Shown piece after piece: positions 47,831 through 59,800 of a stretch of DNA of 64,000 bases; the first letter of the stretch is position 1; every line of letters begins with the position of its first letter. Source of the stretch: Eledone cirrhosa (taxonomy: Eukaryota); contig OZ024743.1 in assembly GCA_964016885.1 (NCBI GenBank), positions 132,556,001-132,620,000 of the forward strand. The letters run 5' to 3'. Both the position numbers and the translations under genes were made by a program. A model generated the notes under the pieces. It did no database searches. It was not told the DNA's origin and worked only from the letters and a program-made list of their open reading frames with translations.

Positions 47831-50800
47831 TTGGTGCTTGGTGCTTGGTGTTTGGTGCTTGGTGCTTGGTGTTTGGTGTTTGGTGTTTGGTGCTTGGTGC
47901 TTGGTGTTTGGTGCTTGGTGCTGGGTGGTTGGTGTTTGGTGCTTGGTGCTTGGTGTTTTGTGCTAGGTGCATGGTGCCTGGTGTTTGGTGCTTGGTGCTT
48001 GGTGCTTGGTCTTTGGTGTTTGGTGTTTAGTGCTTGGTGCTTGGTGCTTGGTGCTTGGTGCTTGGTCCTTGGTGTTTGGTGCTTGGTGCTTGGTGTTTGG
48101 TGTTTGGTGCTTGGTGCTTGGTGCTTCGTGTTTGGTGTTTGGTGCTTGGTGTCTGGAGCTTGGTGTTTGGTGTTTGGTGCTTGGTGTTTGGTGTTTGGTG
48201 CTTGGTGCTTGGTGTTTGGTGCTTGGTGCTTGGTGTTTGTACTTGGTGCTTGGTGCTTGGTGTTTGGTGCTTGGTTCTTGGTGTTTGGTGCTTGGTGTTT
48301 GGAGCTTGGTGCTTGGTGCTTGGTGCTTGGTGTTTGTACTTGGTGCTTGGTGCTTGGTGTTTGGTGCTTGGTTCTTGGTGTTTGGTGCTTGGTGTTTGGA
48401 GCTTGGTGCTTGGTGTTTGGTGCTTGCTGCTTGGTGTTTGGTGTTTGGTGCTTGGTGCTTGGTGTTTGGTGTTTGGTGCTTGGTGTTTGTTGCTTGGTAC
48501 TTGGTGCATGGTGTTTGGTGCTGGGTGCTTGGTGTTTTGTGCTTGGTTCTTGGTGTTTGGTGTTTGGTGCTTGGTACTTGGTGTCTTGAGCTTGGTGTTT
48601 GGTGTTTGGTGCTTGGTGTTTGGTGCTTGGTGCTTGGTGTTTGGTGTTTGGTGTTTGATGCTTGGTGTTTTATGCTTGGTGCTTGGTGTTTGGTGCTTGG
48701 TGTTTGTATTTGGTGCTTGGTGCTTGGTGTTTTGTGCTTGGTTCTTGGTGTTTGGTGTTTGTTGCTTGGTACTTGGTGCTTGGTGTTAGGTGTTTGGTGC
48801 TTGGTGCTTGGTGTTTGGTGCTTGGTGCTTGGTGCTTGGTGTTTGGTGCTTGGTGCTTGGTGCTTGTCTTTGGTGCTTGGTGTTTGGAGTTTGGTGCTTG
48901 GTGCTTTGTGTTTGGTGCTTGGTGATTAGTGTTTGGTGCTTGGTACTTGGTGTTTGGTGCTTGGTGTTTGGTGTTTGCTGTTTGGTGTTTGGTGTTTGGT
49001 GTTTGCTGTTTGGTGTCTGCTTTTTGGTGTTTGGTGTTTGCTGTATGGTGTTTGCTGTTTCGTGTTTGGTGTTTGCTGTTTGGTGTTTGGTGTTTGCTGT
49101 TTGGTGTTTGGTCTTTGGTGCTTGGTGTTTGGTTCTTGGTGCTTGGTGTTTGGTGTTTGGTGCTTGGTGCTTGGTGCTTGGTGTTTGGTGCTTGGTGCTT
49201 GGTGTTTGGTGTTTGGTGTTTGGTGCTTGGTGCTTGGTGTTTGGTGCTTGGTGCTGGGTGGTTGGTGTTTGGTGCTTGGTGCTTGGTGTTTCGTGCTAGG
49301 TGCATGGTGCTTGGTGTTTGGTGCTTGGTGCTTGGTGCTTGGTCTTTGGTGTTTGGTGTTTAGTGCTTGGTGCTTGGTGCTTGGTGCTTGGTGCTTGGTC
49401 CTTGGTGTTTGGTGCTTGGTGCTTGGTGCATGGTGTTTGGTGCTGGGTGCTTGGTTTTTTGTGCTTGGTTCTTGGTGTTTGGTGTTTGGTGCTTGGTACT
49501 TGGTGTCTGGAGCTTGGTGTTTGGTGTTTGGTGCTTGGTGTTTGGTGCTTGGTGCTTGGTGTTTGGTGTTTGGTGTTTGATGCTTGGTGTTTTATGCTTG
49601 GTGCTTGGTGTTTGGTGCTTGGTGTTTGTATTTGGTGCTTGGTGCTTGGTGTTTTGTGCTTGGTTCTTGGTGTTTGGTGTTTGGTGCTTGGTACTTGGTG
49701 CTTGGTGTTAGGTGTTTGGTGCTTGGTGATTGGTGTTTGGTGTTTGGTCCTTGGTGCTTGGTGCTTGGTGTTTAGTGCTTGGTGCTTGGTGTTTGTTGTT
49801 TGGTGCTTTCTGTTTGCTGCTTGGTGTTTGCTGCTTGGTGCTTGGTGCTTGGTGTTTGGTGTTTGGTGCTAGGTGCTTGGTGTTTGGTGTTTGGTGTTTG
49901 ATGCTTGGTGTTTGGTGCTTGGTGTTTGGTGCTTAGTGCCTGGGGCTTGGTGTTTGGTGCTTGGTGCTTGGTGCTTGGTGTTTGGTGCTTGGTGCTTGGT
50001 GTTTGGTGTTTGGTGTTTGGTGCTTGGTGCTTGGTGTTTGGTGCTTGGTGCTTGGTGCTTGGTGCTGGGTGGTTGGTATTTGGTGCTTGGTGTTTGGTGT
50101 TTGGTGCTTGGTGCTTGGTGCTTGGTGTTTGGTGCTTGGTGCTTGGTGCTTGGTCTTTGGTGCTTGGTGTTTGGTGTTTGGTGCTTGGTGCTTTGTGTTT
50201 GGTGCTTGGTGATTAGTGTTTGGTGCTTGGTACTTGGTGTTTGGTGCTTGGTGTTTGGTGTTTGCTGTTTGGTGTTTGGTGTTTGGTGTTTGCTGTTTGG
50301 TGTCTGCTTTTTGGTGTTTGGTGTTTGCTGTATGGTGTTTGCTGTTTCGTGTTTGGTGTTTGCTGTTTGGTGTTTGGTGTTTGCTGTTTGGTGTTTGGTC
50401 TTTGGTGCTTGGTGTTTGGTGCTTGGTGCTTGGTGTTTGGTGTTTGGTGCTTGGTGCTTGGTGCTTGGTGTTTGGTGCTTGGTGTCTGGTGCTTGGTCTC
50501 TGGTGCTTGGTGTTTGGTGTTTGGTGTTTGGTGCTTGGTGTTTGGTGTTTGGTGTTTGGTGTTTGGTGCTTGTTGCTTGGTGCTTGGTGCTTGGTGTTTG
50601 GTGCTTGGTGCTTGGTGTTTGGTGCTGGGTGCTTGGTGTTTGGTGCTTGGTGCTTGGTGCTTGGTGTTTGGTGTTTGGTGCTTGGTGCTTGGTGTTTGGT
50701 GTTTGGTGTTATATGCTTGGTGTTTGATGCTTGGTGCTTGGTGCTTGGTGTTTGGTGTTTGGTGCTTGGTGTTTTATGCTTGGTGTTTGATGTTTGGTGC

Positions 50801-53800
50801 TTGGTGCTTGGTGTTTGGTGCTTGGTGCTTGGTGTTTGTACTTGGTGCTTGGTGCTTGGTTCTTGGTGTTTGGTGCTTGGTGCTTGGTGCTTGGTGCTTG
50901 GTGTTTGGTGCTTGGGGTTTGGTGCTTGGTGTTCGGTGCTTGCTGCCTGGTGCTTGGTGCTTGGTGCTTGGTGTTTGGTGCTTGGTGTTTGGTGCTTGGT
51001 ATTAGGTGTTTGGTGCTTGGTGCTTGGTGTTTGGTGTTTGGTGCTTGGTGTTTGGTGCTTGGTGTTTGGTGTTTGGTGCTTGGTGTTTGGTGCTTGGTAC
51101 TTGGTGCTTGGTGCTTGGTGTTAGGTGTTTGGTGCTTGGTGCTTGGTGTTTGGTTTTTGGTGCTTGGTGCTTGGTGTTTGGTGTTTGGTGCTTGCTGCTG
51201 GCTGCTTGGTGTTTGGTGCTTGGTGATTGGTGCTTGGTGTTTGGTGCTTGGTCTTTGGTGTTTGGTACTAGGTGCTTGGTGCTTGGTGTTTGGTGCTTGG
51301 TGCTTGGTGTTTGGTGTTTGGTGCTTGGTGCTTGGTGTTTGGTGCTTGGTGCTGGGTTCTGGGTGGTTGGTGTTTGGTGCTTGGTGTATGGTGCTGGGTG
51401 CTTGGTGTTTGGTGCTTGGTGCTTGGTCTTTGGTGTTTGGTGTTTGGTGTTTGGGGCTTGGTGCTTGGTGCTTGGTGCTTAGTGTTTGGTGCTAGGTGCT
51501 TGGGGTTTGGTGTTTGGTGCTTGGTGCTTGGTGTTTGGTGCTTGGTGCTTGGTGTTTGGTGTTTGGTGCTTGGTGCTTGGTGTTTGGTGTTTCCTGTTTG
51601 CTGTTTGGTGTTTGGTGTTTGGTGTTTGCTGTTTGGTGTCTGCTTTTTGGTGTTTGGTGTTTGCTGTATGTTATTTGCTGTTTGGTGTTTGGTGTTTGGT
51701 GTTTGGTGCTTGGTGCTTGGTGTTTGGTGCTTGGTGCTTGGTGTTTGGTGCCTGGTGCTTGGGGCTTGGTGTTTGGTGTTTGGTGCTTGGTGCTTGGAGT
51801 TTGGTGTTTGGTGCTTGGTGCTTGGTGTTTTGTGTTTGGTGTTTGGTTTTTGGTGCTTGGTGCTTGGTGCTTGGTGCTTGGTCCTTGGTGTTTGGTGCTT
51901 GGTGCTTGGTGTTTGTACTTGGTGCTTATGCTTGGTGTTTGGTTCTTGGTGCTTGGTGTTTGGTACTTGGTGCTTGGTGCTTGGTGCTTGGTGTTTGGTG
52001 TTTGGTGCTTGGTGTTTGGTGCTTGGTGCTTGGTGCTTGGTGTTAGGTGTTTGGTGCTTGGTGCTTGGTGTTTGGTGCTTGGTGATTGATGCTTGGTGTT
52101 TGGTACTTGGTGCTTGGTGTTTGGTTTTTGGTGCTAGGTGCTTGGTGCTTGGTGTTTGGTGCTTGGTGTTTGGTGTTTGGTGCTTGGTGCTTGGTGTTTG
52201 GTACTTGGTGCTTGGTGCTTGGTGTTTGGTGCTTGGTGCTTGGTGTTTGGTGTTTGGTGTTTGGTGCTTGGTGCTTGGTGTTTGGTGCTTGGTGCTGGGT
52301 GGTTGGTGTTTGGTGCTTGGTGCTTGGTGTTTTGTGCTAGGTGCATGGTGCCTGGTGTTTGGTGCTTGGTGCTTGGTGCTTGGTCTTTGGTGTTTGGTGT
52401 TTAGTGCTTGGTGCTTGGTGCTTGGTGCTTGGTGCTTGGTCCTTGGTGTTTGGTGCTTGGTGCTTGGTGTTTGGTGTTTGGTGCTTGGTGCTTGGTGCTT
52501 CGTGTTTGGTGTTTGGTGCTTGGTGTCTGGAGCTTGGTGTTTGGTGTTTGGTGCTTGGTGTTTGGTGTTTGGTGCTTGGTGCTTGGTGTTTGGTGCTTGG
52601 TGCTTGGTGTTTGTACTTGGTGCTTGGTGCTTGGTGTTTGGTGCTTGGTTCTTGGTGTTTGGTGCTTGGTGTTTGGAGCTTGGTGCTTGGTGCTTGGTGC
52701 TTGGTGTTTGTACTTGGTGCTTGGTGCTTGGTGTTTGGTGCTTGGTTCTTGGTGTTTGGTGCTTGGTGTTTGGAGCTTGGTGCTTGGTGTTTGGTGCTTG
52801 CTGCTTGGTGTTTGGTGTTTGGTGCTTGGTGCTTGGTGTTTGGTGTTTGGTGCTTGGTGTTTGGTGTTTGGTGCTTGGTGCTTGGTGTTTGTTGCTTGGT
52901 ACTTGGTGCATGGTGTTTGGTGCTGGGTGCTTGGTGTTTTGTGCTTGGTTCTTGGTGTTTGGTGTTTGGTGCTTGGTACTTGGTGTCTTGAGCTTGGTGC
53001 TTGGTGTTTGGTGTTTGGTGTTTGATGCTTGGTGTTTTATGCTTGGTGCTTGGTGTTTGGTGCTTGGTGTTTGTATTTGGTGCTTGGTGCTTGGTGTTTT
53101 GTGCTTGGTTCTTGGTGTTTGGTGTTTGTTGCTTGGTACTTGGTGCTTGGTGTTAGGTGTTTGGTGCTTGGTGCTTGGTGTTTGGTGCTTGGTGCTTGGT
53201 GCTTGGTGTTTGGTGCTTGGTGCTTGGTGCTTGTCTTTGGTGCTTGGTGTTTGGAGTTTGGTGCTTGGTGCTTTGTGTTTGGTGCTTGGTGATTAGTGTT
53301 TGGTGCTTGGTACTTGGTGTTTGGTGCTTGGTGTTTGGTGTTTGCTGTTTGGTGTTTGGTGTTTGGTGTTTGCTGTTTGGTGTCTGCTTTTTGGTGTTTG
53401 GTGTTTGCTGTATGGTGTTTGCTGTTTCGTGTTTGGTGTTTGCTGTTTGGTGTTTGGTGTTTGCTGTTTGGTGTTTGGTCTTTGGTGCTTGGTGTTTGGT
53501 TCTTGGTGCTTGGTGTTTGGTGTTTGGTGCTTGGTGCTTGGTGCTTGGTGTTTGGTGCTTGGTGCTTGGTGTTTGGTGTTTGGTGTTTGGTGCTTGGTGC
53601 TTGGTGTTTGGTGCTTGGTGCTGGGTGGTTGGTGTTTGGTGCTTGGTGCTTGGTGTTTCGTGCTAGGTGCATGGTGCTTGGTGTTTGGTGCTTGGTGCTT
53701 GGTGCTTGGTCTTTGGTGTTTGGTGTTTAGTGCTTGGTGCTTGGTGCTTGGTGCTTGGTGCTTGGTCCTTGGTGTTTGGTGCTTGGTGCTTGGTGTTTGG

Positions 53801-56800
53801 TGTTTGGTGCTTGGTGCTTGGTGCTTCGTGTTTGGTGTTTGGTGCTTGGTGTCTGGAGCTTGGTGTTTGGTGTTTGGTGCTTGGTGTTTGGTGTTTGGTG
53901 CTTGGTGCTTGGTGTTTGGTGCTTGGTGCTTGGTGTTTGTACTTGGTGCTTGGTGCTTGGTGTTTGGTGCTTGGTTCTTGGTGTTTGGTGCTTGGTGTTT
54001 GGAGCTTGGTGCTTGGTGTTTGGTGCTTGGTGCTTGGTGTTTGGTGTTTGGTGCTTGGTGCTTGGTGTTTGGTGTTTGGTGCTTGGTGTTTGGTGTTTGG
54101 TGCTTGGTGCTTGGTGTTTGTTGCTTGGTACTTGGTGCATGGTGTTTGGTGCTGGGTGCTTGGTTTTTTGTGCTTGGTTCTTGGTGTTTGGTGTTTGGTG
54201 CTTGGTACTTGGTGTCTGGAGCTTGGTGTTTGGTGTTTGGTGCTTGGTGTTTGGTGCTTGGTGCTTGGTGTTTGGTGTTTGGTGTTTGATGCTTGGTGTT
54301 TTATGCTTGGTGCTTGGTGTTTGGTGCTTGGTGTTTGTATTTGGTGCTTGGTGCTTGGTGTTTTGTGCTTGGTTCTTGGTGTTTGGTGTTTGGTGCTTGG
54401 TACTTGGTGCTTGGTGTTAGGTGTTTGGTGCTTGGTGCTTGGTGTTTGGTGTTTGGTCCTTGGTGCTTGGTGCTTGGTGTTTAGTGCTTGGTGCTTGGTG
54501 TTTGTTGTTTGGTGCTTTCTGTTTGCTGCTTGGTGTTTGCTGCTTGGTGCTTGGTGCTTGGTGTTTGGTGTTTGGTGCTAGGTGCTTGGTGTTTGGTGTT
54601 TGGTGTTTGATGCTTGGTGTTTGGTGCTTGGTGTTTGGTGCTTGGTGCCTGGGGCTTGGTGTTTGGTGCTTGGTGCTTGGTGCTTGGTGTTTGGTGCTTG
54701 GTGCTTGGTGTTTGGTGTTTGGTGTTTGGTGCTTGGTGCTTGGTGTTTGGTGCTTGGTGCTTGGTGCTGGGTGGTTGGTATTTGGTGCTTGGTGCTTGGT
54801 GTTTGGTGCTTGGTGCTTGGTGCTTGGTGTTTGGTGCTTGGTGCTTGGTGCTTGGTCTTTGGTGCTTGGTGTTTGGTGTTTGGTGCTTGGTGCTTTGTGT
54901 TTGGTGCTTGGTGATTAGTGTTTGGTGCTTGGTACTTGGTGTTTGGTGCTTGGTGTTTGGTGTTTGCTGTTTGGTGTTTGGTGTTTGGTGTTTGCTGTTT
55001 GGTGTCTGCTTTTTGGTGTTTGGTGTTTGCTGTATGGTGTTTGCTGTTTCGTGTTTGGTGTTTGCTGTTTGGTGTTTGGTGTTTGCTGTTTGGTGTTTGG
55101 TCTTTGGTGCTTGGTGTTTGGTGCTTGGTGCTTGGTGTTTGGTGTTTGGTGCTTGGTGCTTGGTGCTTGGTGTTTGGTGCTTGGTGTCTGGTGCTTGGTC
55201 TCTGGTGCTTGGTGTTTGGTGTTTGGTGTTTGGTGCTTGGTGTTTGGTGTTTGGTGTTTGGTGTTTGGTGCTTGTTGCTTGGTGCTTGGTGCTTGGTGTT
55301 TGGTGCTTGGTGCTTGGTGTTTGGTGCTGGGTGCTTGGTGTTTGGTGCTTGGTGCTTGGTGCTTGGTGTTTGGTGTTTGGTGCTTGGTGCTTGGTGTTTT
55401 GTGTTTGGTGTTATATGCTTGGTGTTTGATGCTTGGTGCTTGGTGCTTGGTGTTTGGTGTTTGGTGCTTGGTGTTTTATGCTTGGTGTTTGATGTTTGGT
55501 GCTTGGTGCTTGGTGTTTGGTGCTTGGTGCTTGGTGTTTGTACTTGGTGCTTGGTGCTTGGTTCTTGGTGTTTGGTGCTTGGTGCTTGGTGCTTGGTGCT
55601 TGGTGTTTGGTGCTTGGGGTTTGGTGCTTGGTGTTCGGTGCTTGCTGCCTGGTGCTTGGTGCTTGGTGCTTGGTGTTTGGTGCTTGGTGTTTGGTGCTTG
55701 GTGTTTGGTGTTTGGTGCTTGGTGTTTGCTGCTTGGTATTTGGTGCTTGGTGCTTGGTGTTAGGTGTTTGGTGCTTGGTGCTTGGTGTTTGGTTTTTGGT
55801 GCTTGGTGCTTGGTGTTTGGTGTTTGGTGCTTGCTGCTGGCTGCTTGGTATTTGGTGCTTGGTGATTCGTGCTTGGTGTTTGGTGCTTGGAGTTTGGTGT
55901 TTGGTACTAGGTGCTTGGTGCTTGGTGTTTGGTGCTTGGTGCTTGGTATTTGGTGTTTGGTGCTTGGTGCTTGGTGTTTGGTGCTTGGTGCTGGGTTCTG
56001 GGTGGTTGGTGTTTGGTGCTTGGTGTATGGTGCTGGGTGCTTGGTGTTTGGTGTTTGGTGTTTGCTGTATGTTATTTGCTGTTTGGTGTTTGGTGTTTGG
56101 TGTTTGGTGCTTGGTGCTTGGTGTTTGGTGCTTGGTGCTTGGTGTTTGGTGCCTGGTGCTTGGGGCTTGGTGTTTGGTGTTTGGTGCTTGGTGCTTGGAG
56201 TTTGGTGTTTGGTGCTTGGTGCTTGGTGTTTTGTGTTTGGTGTTTGGTTTTTGGTGCTTGGTGCTTGGTGCTTGGTGCTTGGTGTTTGGTGCTTGGTGCT
56301 TGGTGTTTGTACTTGGTGCTTGGTGCTTGGTGTTTGGTTCTTGGTGCTTGGTGTTTGGTACTTGGTGCTTGGTGCTTGGTGCTTGGTGTTTGGTGTTTGG
56401 TGCTTGGTGTTTGGTGCTTGGTGCTTGGTGCTTGGTGTTAGGTGTTTGGTGCTTGGTGCTTGGTGTTTGGTGTTTGGTGATTGATGCTTGGTGTTTGGTA
56501 CTTGGTGCTTGGTGTTTGGTTTTTGGTGCTAGGTGCTTGGTGCTTGGTGTTTGGTGCTTGGTGTTTGGTGTTTGGTGCTTGGTGCTTGGTGTTTGGTACT
56601 TGGTGCTTGGTGCTTGGTGTTTGGTGCTTGGTGCTTGGTGTTTGGTGTTTGGTGTTTGGTGCTTGGTGCTTGGTGTTTGGTGCTTGGTGCTGGGTGGTTG
56701 GTGTTTGGTGCTTGGTGCTTGGTGTTTTGTGCTAGGTGCATGGTGCCTGGTGTTTGGTGCTTGGTGCTTGGTGCTTGGTCTTTGGTGTTTGGTGTTTAGT

Positions 56801-59800
56801 GCTTGGTGCTTGGTGCTTGGTGCTTGGTGCTTGGTGCTTGGTCCTTGGTGTTTGGTGCTTGGTGCTTGGTGTTTGGTGTTTGGTGCTTGGTGCTTGGTGC
56901 TTCGTGTTTGGTGTTTGGTGCTTGGTGTCTGGAGCTTGGTGTTTGGTGTTTGGTGCTTGGTGTTTGGTGTTTGGTGCTTGGTGCTTGGTGTTTGGTGCTT
57001 GGTGCTTGGTGTTTGTACTTGGTGCTTGGTGCTTGGTGTTTGGTGCTTGGTTCTTGGTGTTTGGTGCTTGGTGTTTGGAGCTTGGTGCTTGGTGCTTGGT
57101 GCTTGGTGTTTGTACTTGGAGCTTGGTGCTTGGTGTTTGGTGCTTGGTTCTTGGTGTTTGGTGCTTGGTGTTTGGAGCTTGGTGCTTGGTGTTTGGTGCT
57201 TGCTGCTTGGTGTTTGGTGTTTGGTGCTTGGTGCTTGGTGTTTGGTGTTTGGTGCTTGGTGTTTGGTGTTTGGTGCTTGGTGCTTGGTGTTTGTTGCTTG
57301 GTACTTGGTGCATGGTGTTTGGTGCTGGGTGCTTGGTGTTTTGTGCTTGGTTCTTGGTGTTTGGTGTTTGGTGCTTGGTACTTGGTGTCTGGAGCTTGGT
57401 GTTTGGTGTTTGGTGCTTGGTGTTTGGTGCTTGGTGCTTGGTGTTTGGTGTTTGGTGTTTGATGCTTGGTGTTTTATGCTTGGTGCTTGGTGTTTGGTGC
57501 TTGGTGTTTGTATTTGGTGCTTGGTGCTTGGTGTTTTGTGCTTGGTTCTTGGTGTTTGGTGTTTGGTGCTTGGTACTTGGTGCTTGGTGTTATGTGTTTG
57601 GTGCTTGGTGCTTGGTGTTTGGTGTTTGGTCCTTGGTGCTTGGTGCTTGGTGTTTAGTGCTTGGTGCTTGGTGTTTGTTGTTTGGTGCTTTCTGTTTGCT
57701 GCTTGGTGTTTGCTGCTTGGTGCTTGGTGCTTGGTGTTTGGTGTTTGGTGCTAGGTGCTTGGTGTTTGGTGTTTGGTGTTTGATGCTTGGTGTTTGGTGC
57801 TTGGTGTTTGGTGCTTGGTGCTTGGTGTTTGGTGTTTGGTGTTTGGTGCTTGGTGCTTGGTGTTTGGTGCTTGGTGCTTGGTGCTGGGTGGTTGGTATTT
57901 GGTGCTTGGTGCTTGGTGTTTGGTGCTTGGTGCTTGGTGCTTGGTGTTTGGTGCTTGGTGCTTGGTGCTTGGTCTTTGGTGCTTGGTGTTTGGTGTTTGG
58001 TGCTTGGTGCTTTGTGTTTGGTGCTTGGTGATTAGTGTTTGGTGCTTGGTACTTGGTGTTTGGTGCTTGGTGTTTGCTGTTTGCTGTTTGGTGTTTGGTG
58101 TTTGGTGTTTGCTGTTTGGTGTCTGCTTTTTGGTGTTTGGTGTTTGCTGTATGGTGTTTGCTGTTTCGTGTTTGGTGTTTGCTGTTTGGTGTTTGGTGTT
58201 TGCTGTTTGGTGTTTGGTCTTTGGTGCTTGGTGTTTGGTGCTTGGTGCTTGGTGTTTGGTGTTTGGTGCTTGGTGCTTGGTGCTTGGTGTTTGGTGCTTG
58301 GTGTCTGGTGCTCGGTGTCTGGTGCTTGGTGTTTGGTGTTTGGTGTTTGGTGCTTGGTGTTTGGTGTTTGGTGTTTGGTGTTTGGTGCTTGTTGCTTGGT
58401 GCTTGGTGCTTGGTGTTTGGTGCTTGGTGCTTGGTGTTTGGTGCTGGGTGCTTGGTGTCTGGTGCTTGGTGCTTGGTGCTCGGTGTTTGGTGTTTGGTGC
58501 TTGGTGCTTGGTGTTTGGTGCTTGGTACTTGGTGCTTGGTGCTTGGTGTTTGGTGTTTGGTGCTTGGTGTTTGGTGTTATATGCTTGGTGTTTGATGCTT
58601 GGTGCTTGGTGCTTGGTGTTTGGTGTTTGGTGATTGGTGTTTTATGCTTGGTGTTTGATGTTTGGTGCTTGGTGCTTGGTGTTTGGTGCTTGGTGCTTGG
58701 TGTTTGTACTTGGTGCTTGGTGCTTGGTTCTTGGTGTTTGGTGCTTGGTGCTTGGTGCTTGGTGCTTGGTGTTTGGTGCTTGGGGTTTGGTGCTTGGTGT
58801 TCGGTGCTTGCTGCCTGGTGCTTGGTGCTTGGTGCTTGGTGTTTGGTGCTTGGTGTTTGGTGCTTGGTATTAGGTGTTTGGTGCTTGGTGCTTGGTGTTT
58901 GGTGTTTGGTGCTTGGTGTTTGGTGCTTGGTGTTTGGTGTTTGGTGCTTGGTGTTTGGTGCTTGGTACTTGGTGCTTGGTGCTTGGTGTTAGGTGTTTGG
59001 TGCTTGGTGCTTGGTGTTTGGTTTTTGGTGCTTGGTGCTTGGTGTTTGGTGTTTAGTGCTTGCTGCTGGCTGCTTGGTGTTTGGTGCTTGGTGATTGGTG
59101 CTTGGTGTTTGGTGCTTGGTGTTTGGTGTTTGGTATTAGGTGCTTGGTGCTTGGTGTTTGGTGCTTGGTGCTTGGTGTTTGGTGTTTGGTGCTTGGTGCT
59201 TGGTGTTTGGTGCTTGGTGCTGGGTTCTGGGTGGTTGGTGTTTGGTGCTTGGTGTTTGGTGCTGGGTGCTTGGTGTTTGGTGCTTGGTGCTTGGTCTTTG
59301 GTGTTTGGTGTTTGGTGTTTGGGGCTTGGTGCTTGGTGCTTAGTGTTTGGTGCTAGGTGCTTGGGGTTTGGTGTTTGGTGCTTGGTGCTTGGTGTTTGGT
59401 GCTTGGTGCTTGGTGTTTGGTGTTTGGTGCTTGGTGCTTGGTGTTTGGTGTTTGGTGTTTGGTGCTTGGTGCTTGGTGTTTGGTGCTTGGTGCTGGGTGG
59501 TTGGTGTTTGGTGCTTGGTGCTTGGTGTTTCGTGCTAGGTGCATGGTGCTTGGTGTTTGGTGCTTGGTGCTTGGTGCTTGGTCTTTGGTGTTTGGTGTTT
59601 AGTGCTTGGTGCTTGGTGCTTGGTGCTTGGTGCTTGGTCCTTGGTGTTTGGTGCTTGGTGCTTGGTGTTTGGTGTTTGGTGCTTGGTGCTTGGTGCTTCG
59701 TGTTTGGTGTTTGGTGCTTGGTGTCTGGAGCTTGGTGTTTGGTGTTTGGTGCTTGGTGTTTGGTGTTTGGTGCTTGGTGCTTGGTGTTTGGTGCTTGGTG